IMG/VR virus record: IMGVR_UViG_3300008261_000103
Location: 1 to 29,434 of that record
Reading direction: 5' to 3' (one strand)
Length of the DNA stretch: 29,434 bases
Source: a virus
Taxonomy: Duplodnaviria > Caudoviricetes
Position 1 is the stretch's first letter. The number at the start of each line of letters is the position of its first letter. This document shows positions 15,899 through 27,000 of the stretch, piece by piece. Under the pieces are notes generated by a model that was given only the letters and a program-made list of their open reading frames with translations, was not told where the DNA came from and did no database searches. Both the position numbers and the translations under genes were made by a program.

Positions 15899-16680
15899 TA
15901 CCATTGAAGGAATTTAGGAGTATAGTTAATTCCTAAACCAACGTACGGTGAAAAACCACCAGATCCGATCCCATAACCAATATGAAGACCAATTCCTACC
16001 GTTTTTCTACTTTTATATTGGATGTCTAATATGCCTGGTGATTTAGGATCAATCATTATTCCCTTAGCATCATTGAATGTAGTACCTGGATAATCCGTTG
16101 AAAGATTTACAAAAACTTCCTTCGTTTTTTTATCTCTTAAAACGGATGCAGTTAACCAGATGTTTTGCTTAAGATCAATTACCGCATTTCCAAATCTTAT
16201 AGAGTCTTCCTTTATGTAATATGGTAGTCCTACATTAATTGATCTGGAACTCTTACTCCAAGCGTTAGAAGAAGCTATGGTTGCAATAGAATTGAAATCG
16301 CCTAACACAGTATCTTTAACAATAACAGGAACATTAACAATTCTTTCTTCTATCTTTGTCTTAAACTTAATAACAGTTACAGGCGGTCTATTCTTTTCAA
16401 AGTCTAATTCTTTTTTAGCTTCATCTAAGGTTAACGTTAAAGCCCTGATATCAGCAGCAGAATTACCCCACTTATTTTTATAGTTTCGGATTGTGTCTTG
16501 CTGTGCTTTATAATTATTCTCAATTCTAGTAATTTCACCTTTTGCTTTATTAGTGGCTTCGCACTGTCTTAATAGCAAAATTAATAAAATAACAAAGGCA
16601 CCTAAGATAATCATCCTGGTGTTTTTTGGATTAGTTAAAAATGACCACATTCCTTTTAATATGCTAATTACATTTATCAT
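15898..16680 (-). CDS. Membrane-anchored coiled-coil protein, spanin-like/lysis accessory candidate
   Basis: Hydrophobic helix MIILGAFVILLILLL followed by RQC, a coiled coil, and a C-terminal Gly/aromatic beta-hairpin GIGLHIGYG...PYVGLGINY. Confidence 0.5.
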   Translation of the reverse strand: MINVISILKGMWSFLTNPKNTRMIILGAFVILLILLLRQCEATNKAKGEITRIENNYKAQQDTIRNYKNKWGNSAADIRALTLTLDEAKKELDFEKNRPPVTVIKFKTKIEERIVNVPVIVKDTVLGDFNSIATIASSNAWSKSSRSINVGLPYYIKEDSIRFGNAVIDLKQNIWLTASVLRDKKTKEVFVNLSTDYPGTTFNDAKGIMIDPKSPGILDIQYKSRKTVGIGLHIGYGIGSGGFSPYVGLGINYTPKFLQW

Positions 16681-16919
16681 ATACCTTCTTCATATATTTG
16701 TAAAAGTTTATAAGGAGTAACTTCAGATGCTCCATATTTTTCAATTAAGCGATTCATAAAATCCCCTTCTTTTTTCTTTAAGGTATCAAGTTCATCAAAT
16801 AGAGTATCTCTCTTTTTTGCTAAACTTTCAATACTCTTTTGCATTAAATCAATAGATGTTTCAATTTCTTTATAACGATCTACAAATTCTTTAAGTTCAA
16901 TTCTTTCTTCAGTATTCAT
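16677..16919 (-). CDS. Small coiled-coil hypothetical protein (80 aa, start revised to 16919)
   Basis: MNTEERIELKEF... follows an A-rich leader 10 nt after the upstream stop. The track's start at 16991 overlaps the upstream gene. Confidence 0.7.
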   Translation of the reverse strand: MNTEERIELKEFVDRYKEIETSIDLMQKSIESLAKKRDTLFDELDTLKKKEGDFMNRLIEKYGASEVTPYKLLQIYEEGI

Positions 16920-16929
16920 GTTTTTTATT

Positions 16930-19269
16930 TTAATAAAGCTCAACCTGTGCCTCCATCTGTGCCTCAGTATTAGTTGCAGCAGTAGCACCAATAGTAGGAC
17001 TAAGTAGATTTGTTATAACCCAACCGCGTTCAGTATTATAAGTAGTACTACCAACACTAGTCTGAAACACGGTTGTATAATTAGTACCCAGCCACATTAA
17101 CTCAACAAAAAATTCTGCGGCTTTTTTCGGGGTAGCACCAATTGTTGAAGTTGTTATAGTTCCGATTTGTGCCGCCGCACCTTCTGCAAATTTATTTATG
17201 TAAATATTTATATTTCCAGTACTACCACTACTAGGCCAATCATATTGGGTACCACTCTCGTATATCCTAGTTGGACATGCTATAATGTGGAGTGCCAGTC
17301 TTTGACCATTATAAATACCATTAGGTATAAAAAGATCAAAGGCATCAGTTGAAACATCAATTGACGAATATGGGCCACCTTCCCATCCTATGTAAACGTC
17401 TACAAAGGAACTGTCCATTACAGATGCAGGTATGGTAAAACCGTAAAAAGCAGAATGACCAGCAGTAAGAGGATTAACCTTTACTTGTTTTCTGGTGTAT
17501 CTAAATCTATTACTAACCTCTGTCATATCTTCTCTGGCATGAAACTTAGTACCTGTGCTACCAGTTGTACTATCTCTACCAACAACCTGTACCCCAAAAT
17601 TAACCCCTTTACCGGACGAATCAGAATTAGTTACCTGGAATCCTATAAACCCGTTAACACCTGAAGTGTTGGTGATTTCAATAGAGGATGTCGTAACGTC
17701 AACTCTTTCTATCGCAGTACCTAATATATTCTTTCTAAATGTAGCCATTAAAGGCGCAACGACCGTGCCACCATGCTGTCTACTTACAATAATTGGATAT
17801 TGATTAGTTGCAATAGCATCCCCAGCGATGTGAATATGTCTATACGCTGTAGTAAAAGGAGAACCGTATGACGTTGCACCCCACGCCAGGTTACCTTTAA
17901 TTCTCACCGCACCATATAAACCAGATGAGGTAGAATTATCTACTCTTATTGAATTAGTAGAGGTTGAAGGTTCTAGGTATATATTACCTGAATTACTCGT
18001 ATTAACCGTAATATCACCGCCTGGTGAAATTAAATTAATTGCAGTCCCTCCCATATTAAGAACAAGACCTGCACTAATTGTAATATTTTGTAATGTTGTA
18101 GATATATCAATTGGTCCAATACCACTCTGCAATAAAATACCGCTAGAATCAACTCTAATTCTATTATTTGAGGTAGACGCCATCAAAACAGTATTACCCC
18201 AATGTGTAATGTTATTGGCTTCATTTAATATTGTACCGGTCTTAGTAGTAGTTGTGGTAGGTATTGTAATATTACCACCAATTTCAAACAGCGCAGATGC
18301 ACTGCCAAAAGAAGTTGATACCGAGAATTTTGCAGGTATAGAAGGATTAGAAGTTCCTACCACAAACGAGATATCAGATACCTCAGATCCTAATCCGCTT
18401 GGTGTAGGGTCAACACCTGATAAGAAATTGATTTGTTTACCAGAATAAAACTGTTGCCCTCTCTTAAGTGTATTAAGATTAAATCCAATAAGATCAGATA
18501 AAGATAGCGGGGACGTAGCTGCCTTAGGAACGGTAATATTCAATGAATCATCTATACCTAAAGAAATATCAGAAAGATTTGCAACTGTGCTCTGTTCAAA
18601 TTTATCACCAGGAATTGCACCACCGCCCATAAATTTAATAGCGGCTGCACTTGAATCCTTTTGATGTACTAATACTGAAAGTATGCTTGAGTCTAACGAC
18701 TTGGTCATTACATCAGGTATAAGAAATGCCGAGGTAAAGCTTATACCACTTGGCGGTATCGCTGTTGTTGCAACTCCACCAAGAATCGCAACCGATATAC
18801 CTTCGTTAGTTACTTGATTTGCACCAGATGAAGTACCGCCTGGCATAGGAACTATATAGGCAACGTTTTGATTATTTATAGAAGCAGCACCAGGATAACC
18901 ACCGGCATAATTAAAACCAAAACTAGAACCAGAAGGCCCGGTAGGTCCGGCTAAATTAGTATTTGTTAATGTCCAAAGAGTTCCATTATATTGCCAAACA
19001 TCACCATTAGATTGCAAGTAATAATCATCCTCTTCAACAGTAGGTATGATTAATGTATTTGGATCTGTTCCTGGTGCAACGACAGGATCATCATACCAAG
19101 TAGCACCGCGTAGCCCTCTCCCACCAACCGGACCAGTAGGTCCAGCAATACCTAGGGGGCCAACAGGACCACCACCATTTAACAATAATTGATCAAAATT
19201 AAAATTGATCTTGTTTACTGCCTGTGAAATGGTATCTGATGCTATTAATTCTTGTATCGTGATCGCCAT
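16930..19269 (-). CDS. Tail fibre-like protein with short collagen-like segments
   Basis: N-terminal KINFNFDQL, then GPVGPLGIAGPTGPVGGRGLRG and GPTGPSG. The remainder is Gly/Ser/Thr-rich beta-repeat-like sequence. Confidence 0.65.
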   Translation of the reverse strand: MAITIQELIASDTISQAVNKINFNFDQLLLNGGGPVGPLGIAGPTGPVGGRGLRGATWYDDPVVAPGTDPNTLIIPTVEEDDYYLQSNGDVWQYNGTLWTLTNTNLAGPTGPSGSSFGFNYAGGYPGAASINNQNVAYIVPMPGGTSSGANQVTNEGISVAILGGVATTAIPPSGISFTSAFLIPDVMTKSLDSSILSVLVHQKDSSAAAIKFMGGGAIPGDKFEQSTVANLSDISLGIDDSLNITVPKAATSPLSLSDLIGFNLNTLKRGQQFYSGKQINFLSGVDPTPSGLGSEVSDISFVVGTSNPSIPAKFSVSTSFGSASALFEIGGNITIPTTTTTKTGTILNEANNITHWGNTVLMASTSNNRIRVDSSGILLQSGIGPIDISTTLQNITISAGLVLNMGGTAINLISPGGDITVNTSNSGNIYLEPSTSTNSIRVDNSTSSGLYGAVRIKGNLAWGATSYGSPFTTAYRHIHIAGDAIATNQYPIIVSRQHGGTVVAPLMATFRKNILGTAIERVDVTTSSIEITNTSGVNGFIGFQVTNSDSSGKGVNFGVQVVGRDSTTGSTGTKFHAREDMTEVSNRFRYTRKQVKVNPLTAGHSAFYGFTIPASVMDSSFVDVYIGWEGGPYSSIDVSTDAFDLFIPNGIYNGQRLALHIIACPTRIYESGTQYDWPSSGSTGNINIYINKFAEGAAAQIGTITTSTIGATPKKAAEFFVELMWLGTNYTTVFQTSVGSTTYNTERGWVITNLLSPTIGATAATNTEAQMEAQVELY

Positions 19270-19277
19270 TATTCTTT

Positions 19278-22200
19278 TTATTTTTTAACTATTGTAACAC
19301 TGAACCCGAAAGACTCAGAGAAACCAGTCCTTTTGTTATATATTAAGCTTAAATCAAACGGATTAGTATTAAGTATCTTGGTAGATACATTCTGATTTAT
19401 GTTTAACCCAGCTGCCGATTTTTCGCTATTTGTTAATTCGGCTGTTGTGTAAATTGATCCAGTCTTTTCTCGGGATGATCTAACATAAAAATCAATGTTA
19501 CCTACTTTATAAAGACTTAAGATATTTAATTCAATATACTTATTCACATCATCATTAAGAGTTGTAATATCACCAAATCCAAATGCAGTATTAACATACT
19601 TTTCAAATTGTGGCTTTATGTAGTTAAATAGATATTCGGTTAATCTCTTTTGTATAAACATGTAAAATTGAACATAAGGTACAGTTTCATTATACATAAA
19701 CGTTCCATCTATTAAACTAGGATCCTTTATTGCATCTTGGAAATACTCTGAAGGAATAAATGTTTCAAGAGTTATTTGTTGAGGAACTTTCAAATACTTA
19801 GATCCAAAAAATGATTTCTTTTCAAGCATTGAAAGGGTTCCAATAACTGATTGTATTTTAGACTTATCAATACTCTTTGTAAAATACCCAGGTTCCCAGT
19901 TAGATGAAAAAATGTAATAATCTTTATAATCAATACCTACTTCATTAATTAGCGGATAGAGACTTAAGAATGCGCTATCAGAAGATAACTCTAAAACCGT
20001 TGACGGATCTTCTTGGTTTACTTTATGATAAAAATAGTTTTTAAGTATTCCGAATAATTCATGCTGACTATAAAACTGTGAATTTGAATATCTGCATAAA
20101 TTAAATACCTTCCACTTATATAATTCATCAGGTATTGGATTGCCTGTTGAAGTAGTTCCTGTATTTCCAGTTACACCAGTATTTCCAGTTACACCAGTAT
20201 TTCCAGTCGTTCCTGTATAATAACCATTAGAAAAGTCTACATTGGCATAAGGGTCTCTGAAGAAAACAATATCTTTAGCCAAAGGTTTAAACCAGCCTGA
20301 ATGTCTAGCTATTGGGGTAAGATTAGGTTTATCTAATAGAGATAAATCATAACCAATAATATCTGTTAAGTTAAAGATAGTCGGCTTATTTTGATCAGGT
20401 AAAATTCCAACATATATTGACTTAAGGATATCATCCTGTGGTCTTAGCTGAATTGAAAAAGTTTGAGCAAGACTGCCATCACTTGCAAGAACCTGATTTC
20501 CATTTTTATCAATAGTTTCATAAACGATATTAGGATTTCCTAAATTAACATCAGTAATTATATTTGCAAAACTTAAACTATCAAACGTACTTAAATAACC
20601 ATTAAATCCACCACCTATTAATGTATAAACAGCAGACTTAAGTTTTACTGTAGGTGGAGCTGGCGAAGGTAAAGTAAAAGATAAACCATTCTTAAGAATA
20701 GTTGTTGCATAAAATTGAGTATCTGAAACGATTTTTGATATTCCCTCTATTCTATATAAGTCACCGTCTATCGTAAACTCTATTGGATTATATTGACCAC
20801 CTGAACCTATTGTAATATCTCTAATAAATCTGGTAGCATTACCTTCAAGGTCACTTATACCTTGGATCAAATATTGTCCGACTGCTGGTGAAAATGAAGA
20901 TGAAGTAAAACTTATAGCGCCTTGCATTATAGAATTTTCATAAGATGAATTTCCTACAGGCGTACAATCGGTTAAGGTTTGGATTGAACTGTTTAATGAA
21001 TAGAGAGAAGTTCTATCTATAGACTTCCCAGCAGGATTTAAGCATTCATTTTCAAATGATATGAAAATCAACATTACTATTGTTTTCCACTTTTCATTTT
21101 TAATAAACTTAATCTGCTTTTTTGGCTTTCCTGGTTCATTAGGAATTAACATAACAGAGAACCTATAATCATTAAATGAACCATCCTTGATGTACGAAAG
21201 CTTATCAGCGTTAAAGTTTGCTTTTTCATCACCTGACGATTTCTTCTTTGCAATAATTCTAACTCCTCTTAAAAATGACTCTGCGTAATTTAATTTATTA
21301 CCGCCAGAAAATCTCCCATATCTTAGTTGTCTATCAATAAGATTAATATTGTTTCCATTAACAAATCGGTCCGCTATAAAATACTCATCAAAATAGTTTT
21401 TATCAACTCGCTGAAACGTACCGGTGTTAGCACCTAAAGTATCAGTTGGTGATTGATCAAAATAGCTCCACGATTCTCTTATTGCATCATTCGTAAAATA
21501 AGAAGGAAACTCACAAAGATAATACCACTCGTGACTAAACCCATCAGGTGATCTCCCAGTATTCCATTGAGATGGTGCAAAGTTATTAATTCCAAATGCA
21601 AGATTAATATCTAATCTATATGGATTGTTTCTTACATCAGTACCGCCATCATACCAACACCACTTATTAATGTAAGGTACTACTCTCGATGCAACAGCCT
21701 GTTCCTTTAAGTAATTTTCTTCAAGTCTTTGATATTCTGATTCTATATCAACTTCGGTATTTACATCAGGGTCAGAACCTTTAAGTAGCCCAATAAGATT
21801 AGAAAAACCACCGTCATTATAAAATGATCTAATATCAGGCCAATCGCTTACACCAAAATAATTCAGAGAACCTGTAACGCCCGTAACCCCAGTGGCCGGT
21901 GGTGTACCTTGATTATATCTTGATATTTCATAATTCAACTCACCTAATTGACTATATGTGTTATCATAAAAATCAAAATCAAAATCTCTTATAGGGAATA
22001 ATGAAAATCTACCAAACTTAGGAGTAAAGTCAGCATATAAAGCAACTTGGCTAGATTTACTAACTTCAATTTGATTACCATCTAAAGTAATTATAACATA
22101 ATCATCAATTCCTCTATATCCAGTTTGTGTACCGTTTCCGCTAAAAATAGGTTCATCTAGGTATGGAACCCAATCGGATATTAATACATAACCTGCTTTA

Positions 22201-23945
22201 GATTTAACATAATCGCCTTTTATAAATCTATCTTGGTCTCCAGCTGAAACTTTAAGTAAAGCTTGTGGAGTATCGTTTCCTCCTACAAAAAATGTACCAG
22301 GATTTACTTCAGAAGTTAAAGGATATGTAACTAAAGAATCAATTAATTCTGGATATGCTACCCATGAAACAGAAAAATTAAGTCTATTAAATCTGCTACC
22401 ACCAAACCTAGATTGTAAATAAACAGTTGATCCATTTATAGTAGAATCAAAAAATCTGGAATCTGCATTAATACCAAATGTAATTGCTTTAGAAATAGCC
22501 GATGCAATTTCGGCAGGTGTACCTGTTGGATTAAAGAAACTTTCAAATGAAGTTCCAGGTCCTGATGTTAATGATGTATTTGCAGATACTTGCCCTATTT
22601 GATTTATTCCATCATAGAAGGTTATTGAAGCACCAATTGGAATTTCTCCTATAACTTTTAGATATGCTGTAGCTTTACCTAATCTATTTATGGTTTCTGC
22701 TGTTGCAAAAGTATCAAGCTTATCATATCCTGCTAAAAGAGATACATCTAGTTTTTTATCAAAAAGTCTTAATTGGTTTGTACTCCAAACGGACCCCTTC
22801 TTTATCGTATGAAATTGATCATCTTTATCTTTAACATAGAAAATGGATTCAACTTCATTTACTCTGTTTGGAGTTGGAATACCAGTTACTGTGTTTATTG
22901 ATGATGGGTCAAGATATAAGACTATTCCTCTTTCGTTTGTTATATTAAACGGTGTATTTAGAAATTGTGATACTTGGTTAATATTTGTAATTTTAGGTAA
23001 TTGGCTTTTCTCTGTACTCTCATAAAAACCTGTACCTGATATCTTAAATGATCCTTCTTCTATTTCATTAACATACAATCCAAAATACCTATTCATTGAA
23101 TAATCTGCTGCATCGGCATCGCTAAATAAAAACTCTAAGTTTATTAGGTTTGCCAATAAGACACCGTTTCTTTGGAATCCTTGAGTAATGTAATACTCAT
23201 TTTGGATAATAGATGCATCCTTTGTAATTAAATCATCATACGAAAAGCTACCAGACGATGTAAACCCGCCATTAAAATAGGATATCCCATTCCATGTTAT
23301 AGGCTCATCTTGTCTCCAACTAACTGTTAAAGGCGCCTTAGGAAATGCATCTTGAGATCTATATGTTCTAAGATAAGAACCTAATTTTGAAGTTTCTCTT
23401 AAATCAAAGGTTTTAATTGCAGTACAATTTTGCAAAACAAACTTTGAAAATTCTTCTGCGGTTTGAGCAGATGATTCCCCGTTATTAGAAAATGCTGCAT
23501 TATAATTATTAACAGCAGAAGGATCATCTAATCTAAAAACTACAAAATAATTTGGTATTTGTTCGTTTAACCAAAGAGGCGCCAATAAACCTAAATCTTC
23601 TGTATATGATTCTGATGCAATTGATCTTGTACCATACGCATAAAACATTTCATATTGACCATCAAATGAAGATAAAACTGACGTATCACGAAACTCTTGA
23701 AATACTTCATATGCTAATTCAGCAGGAAATGTCCCATTCTTAAAAAATCTAAATACATCCTTATCATATGTTGAAGTACCATCTATCTTAAATGCCTTAA
23801 ATGAAGATGAGGCTAGTTGTGTATTTGCACTAAATGACTCTAGGTACAAATCACTACCATTCGATACAAGTTTTACATTACCAGTTAATTTTGGATTAGT
23901 ACGTACTAAACTGTATGAAGCTTTATCAAATAAAGGCTCTGCCAT
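19278..23945 (-). CDS. Large virion structural protein (baseplate/tail-associated candidate), 1555 aa
   Basis: Long uninterrupted ORF, aromatic/beta-rich, located among tail genes. Function inferred from context only. Confidence 0.5.
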   Translation of the reverse strand: MAEPLFDKASYSLVRTNPKLTGNVKLVSNGSDLYLESFSANTQLASSSFKAFKIDGTSTYDKDVFRFFKNGTFPAELAYEVFQEFRDTSVLSSFDGQYEMFYAYGTRSIASESYTEDLGLLAPLWLNEQIPNYFVVFRLDDPSAVNNYNAAFSNNGESSAQTAEEFSKFVLQNCTAIKTFDLRETSKLGSYLRTYRSQDAFPKAPLTVSWRQDEPITWNGISYFNGGFTSSGSFSYDDLITKDASIIQNEYYITQGFQRNGVLLANLINLEFLFSDADAADYSMNRYFGLYVNEIEEGSFKISGTGFYESTEKSQLPKITNINQVSQFLNTPFNITNERGIVLYLDPSSINTVTGIPTPNRVNEVESIFYVKDKDDQFHTIKKGSVWSTNQLRLFDKKLDVSLLAGYDKLDTFATAETINRLGKATAYLKVIGEIPIGASITFYDGINQIGQVSANTSLTSGPGTSFESFFNPTGTPAEIASAISKAITFGINADSRFFDSTINGSTVYLQSRFGGSRFNRLNFSVSWVAYPELIDSLVTYPLTSEVNPGTFFVGGNDTPQALLKVSAGDQDRFIKGDYVKSKAGYVLISDWVPYLDEPIFSGNGTQTGYRGIDDYVIITLDGNQIEVSKSSQVALYADFTPKFGRFSLFPIRDFDFDFYDNTYSQLGELNYEISRYNQGTPPATGVTGVTGSLNYFGVSDWPDIRSFYNDGGFSNLIGLLKGSDPDVNTEVDIESEYQRLEENYLKEQAVASRVVPYINKWCWYDGGTDVRNNPYRLDINLAFGINNFAPSQWNTGRSPDGFSHEWYYLCEFPSYFTNDAIRESWSYFDQSPTDTLGANTGTFQRVDKNYFDEYFIADRFVNGNNINLIDRQLRYGRFSGGNKLNYAESFLRGVRIIAKKKSSGDEKANFNADKLSYIKDGSFNDYRFSVMLIPNEPGKPKKQIKFIKNEKWKTIVMLIFISFENECLNPAGKSIDRTSLYSLNSSIQTLTDCTPVGNSSYENSIMQGAISFTSSSFSPAVGQYLIQGISDLEGNATRFIRDITIGSGGQYNPIEFTIDGDLYRIEGISKIVSDTQFYATTILKNGLSFTLPSPAPPTVKLKSAVYTLIGGGFNGYLSTFDSLSFANIITDVNLGNPNIVYETIDKNGNQVLASDGSLAQTFSIQLRPQDDILKSIYVGILPDQNKPTIFNLTDIIGYDLSLLDKPNLTPIARHSGWFKPLAKDIVFFRDPYANVDFSNGYYTGTTGNTGVTGNTGVTGNTGTTSTGNPIPDELYKWKVFNLCRYSNSQFYSQHELFGILKNYFYHKVNQEDPSTVLELSSDSAFLSLYPLINEVGIDYKDYYIFSSNWEPGYFTKSIDKSKIQSVIGTLSMLEKKSFFGSKYLKVPQQITLETFIPSEYFQDAIKDPSLIDGTFMYNETVPYVQFYMFIQKRLTEYLFNYIKPQFEKYVNTAFGFGDITTLNDDVNKYIELNILSLYKVGNIDFYVRSSREKTGSIYTTAELTNSEKSAAGLNINQNVSTKILNTNPFDLSLIYNKRTGFSESFGFSVTIVKK
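20161..20207. repeat. 18-bp tandem repeat (2.6 copies) encoding TGNTGV repeats
   Basis: GTATTTCCAGTTACACCA at 20161-20178 and 20179-20196, partial at 20197-20207. Confidence 0.92.
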
Positions 23946-23962
23946 CTAATTATCACTTTTTT

Positions 23963-23988
23963 TATTTATTCACTAAACGATTAGTGAA
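23963..23988 (-). promoter_or_regulatory. Late-promoter-like GAATAAATA overlapping an 8-bp perfect inverted repeat
   Basis: TTCACTAA-N4-TTAGTGAA at 23969-23988. AATAAATA at 23963-23970, 17 nt upstream of the ATG at 23945. Confidence 0.5.
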
Positions 23989-24006
23989 AACCAGATAACA
24001 ACCTAA

Positions 24007-27000
24007 TTATGAATTTTGCGGACTTGATCCTCTAGTTAAACCACCTTGAATAACACCACCTGATTTAACCGTTTGGTTAACTTTAGTTTCTACTACGCTT
24101 GGTCTAAGTTGAGAAATAACTTTTTCAAGATCACCAAGTCCTTTTGTAACAGATATTGATGGGAACACGTCAACGTTAAGGTTATCAGATTTGTATTTGG
24201 CAAATAATTCAATATCATACTGATAAACATTATCAGCATTTGGCCAGATATCAAAACCAATTTTCTTAGCATATGTTAAATTAGTAATTGCACCAGTAGA
24301 ATCTCCTGCTATATTTCCTAATCCACCAGACGAACCAGACCCGGTACCAAAATAGTCAGTCATTCTGTATTGGTATACCATAGGTATGTTTATTGAATTT
24401 TGACTTCCAAATTGAATGATCTTACTAGACTGAACAGAGTCTCCATCGACCTGAACCATTTCATGATCATCGGCAGATATGAATAGATAAGATCCACATG
24501 TTTGTCTTCCTAGCAAATACTGGTCAAATGATTCAAATGATGTTTTAGTATTCCTTGAATAGTCAACAAAATTAGGATCTGTATTATCACTTAATGCAGG
24601 AATAAACATTAATGTTGGGCTAGCTTGAAGAGTTTGTCCGCTATTAAAGTTAATTATTGTTGATGCCAATTGATTTAAGTCGGCAACATTTTCATTTAGA
24701 TAAATTGATTGTTGTTTACCTTTAAGTTGGTCGGATGCTAATGGTATAAATTTAGAATGTCTAAATAATACGCGAGCTGTGCCATTACCTGTAGGTGCTG
24801 TACAATCTATCGGAGATGTTAATGAAGCAGGTAAAGTTGCTGTATCACCAGTTACATATACATATGCAGCTCTATATGCAGCATAAGAGGCCACCCATGG
24901 GTGATTGATATGTACCTCTATACTATCATCACCTTGCGGCAAATCATATGCTGCAGCTGTAGTTGGATTGCCTGATGCATCAAATCCACCACCCCAGATA
25001 AATTCACCTGCGGTTATAGTTGATGAGAAGTTGTCCTTTAGAAAAAAGTTTTCACAAGTATCTAGGTTAAAAGTATAATCATCATCAGGGTTTATGTAAT
25101 TGTAAAAGGTCTCCTCAGATGAAACATCTTTAAATCTTGAGAATATAAACTGATTTTTATTCTGTGCAGATTGATAAGGTGCTAATGAAACATCTTGACC
25201 AAACTTATTAGCAGATGTAACTGTTGGGTTGGTTAAGATTAATGGGGCCAAATCGTATTTACGAATTGTATTATAGTCATTATCATTCGTTTCAAATGTA
25301 GCTCTACCTGTACTCTGATTAGCAGCACTATTATCTAGCCACGAATATGTTGCAGGTAAAATAACAGAACCTGACGCCGCCTCACTGTTAGTATAACCAG
25401 GTGATTCTGATTGCTTAACCATACGAGTACGAGATCCTGCAATTCTTGCAATTAATCTTAAACCGGTTTGTTCTGCATTAGAAAGATTAATAAAGAAGGT
25501 CTTTGTAATGATTGCTCCTCTAGGATCATCAAGATTCTTAACTTCATTAAAGTAGAATCCTGCGAATACTTTAGTGGTTGAATTACGCTTAATTGCAATG
25601 GTATTTCCTTGATCATCAATTAGATTAACCACAAGTTCACCTGCAGCATTTCTAAGAATTTCAGAGAATTCATCAAGTCTAGCTTGCATTTCAACTAGTT
25701 TAGAAAATAGATCCACTGGTGTTTGACTCTCTGACAAGAATCCTGAAGCAATAACTGTAGCAGTATGAGCATAATATTTTTCATTTGCTGTAAATGAACT
25801 ACTTAAATGTTCATCAATTCCTTTTGCTCTAAGACTTTCCTCAAGACTTACTTTTGCAATGTCTTGTTTATTTTGATTAAGTATTGCCTCAACTGCACTA
25901 TCAGAACTTAAATCGGCTGGGAAGTCTACTCTTACCGAGTCAGACCATTCACTTTCTAATGGATTAGATGGCCATCCTGCTTCCGATATTGACTTAACTT
26001 GAAACTCTAGAATTTCACCTTTTCTAATAGGAAGATCAACCTGATTAATATTTACAGCATCTGCATTATCATTATTAATAGGATCCCATTGATAAAGACC
26101 AGTAATTGGATTTTTTGATCGTGGTCTTAATACGCTTTCAATAATTTCATAATTTGAAAATGCGCCTTGGCTAGTACTATTACCATCTACAAAAGTAAAT
26201 TGATCAACTGGGTTAGCCGCACCGTCCTGTGAAAGATATCTATATCTTATCTTAAACTTAACAATAGATTGAGACCCGGTCGCTGGAGTTGATTTCTCCT
26301 GAGGCATTGGCCAAAAACCGCGAACTCTATATTTAGGTGTAATACTTGCTACGGAGTTGTCTTTACTGTTTGCATCAATTTCTTTTACTATAGATGCATA
26401 TAATTCTGCCTGAGTACTTCTATCAGTTATTAAACCTTGAAGAGCATTCTTATCAGCGTCCCTCTCAACATTTGTAACATAATTAGTAGTTTGAATTTTT
26501 GATCTGTACTGAGAAATTGCAGTATCTAATTCTTTAAGACTAGATGTAAGTGTATTTTTCTGGTTATTAAGATCTTGTAATTGTACAATTGCATCAGAAT
26601 TAGTTACCTGTCCATTTACTAACTTAACCTTAAAGTCTGTTGAAGCTAAAGATGGTGAATTAGGAATTAATCCTTCTCTTGATGTTGGTAATTTATCTTG
26701 TGCAAATGATAATAGGAACTTACCAAAGTCAACTGCATATTTTTGATAATAGTCGGCTAAAGTTTGTTGCGTGCCATCAGCAGCAATAGTGGTTAATGTG
26801 TTAGTATAAAATCCAGCACCAGGAGACCAATTAACAGAAGGTATCTTAGAATCTGGATCAATTGGCTTAATGAATACAACACATCTTTCATTAAATCCTA
26901 CAGTAACATCAACCTGCACATTATCATTTATAGCAGATCCAATCTTAAGAGCATCTGCCCCAATTTGGATTGCTTTAGTTCCTTCAACAAGATCAAGGAT

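Noticed and set aside
16920-16991. N-terminal 24 codons of the 104-aa ORF
   Set aside because: They overlap the fibre gene in another frame; the ATG at 16919 with an A-rich leader is a better start.
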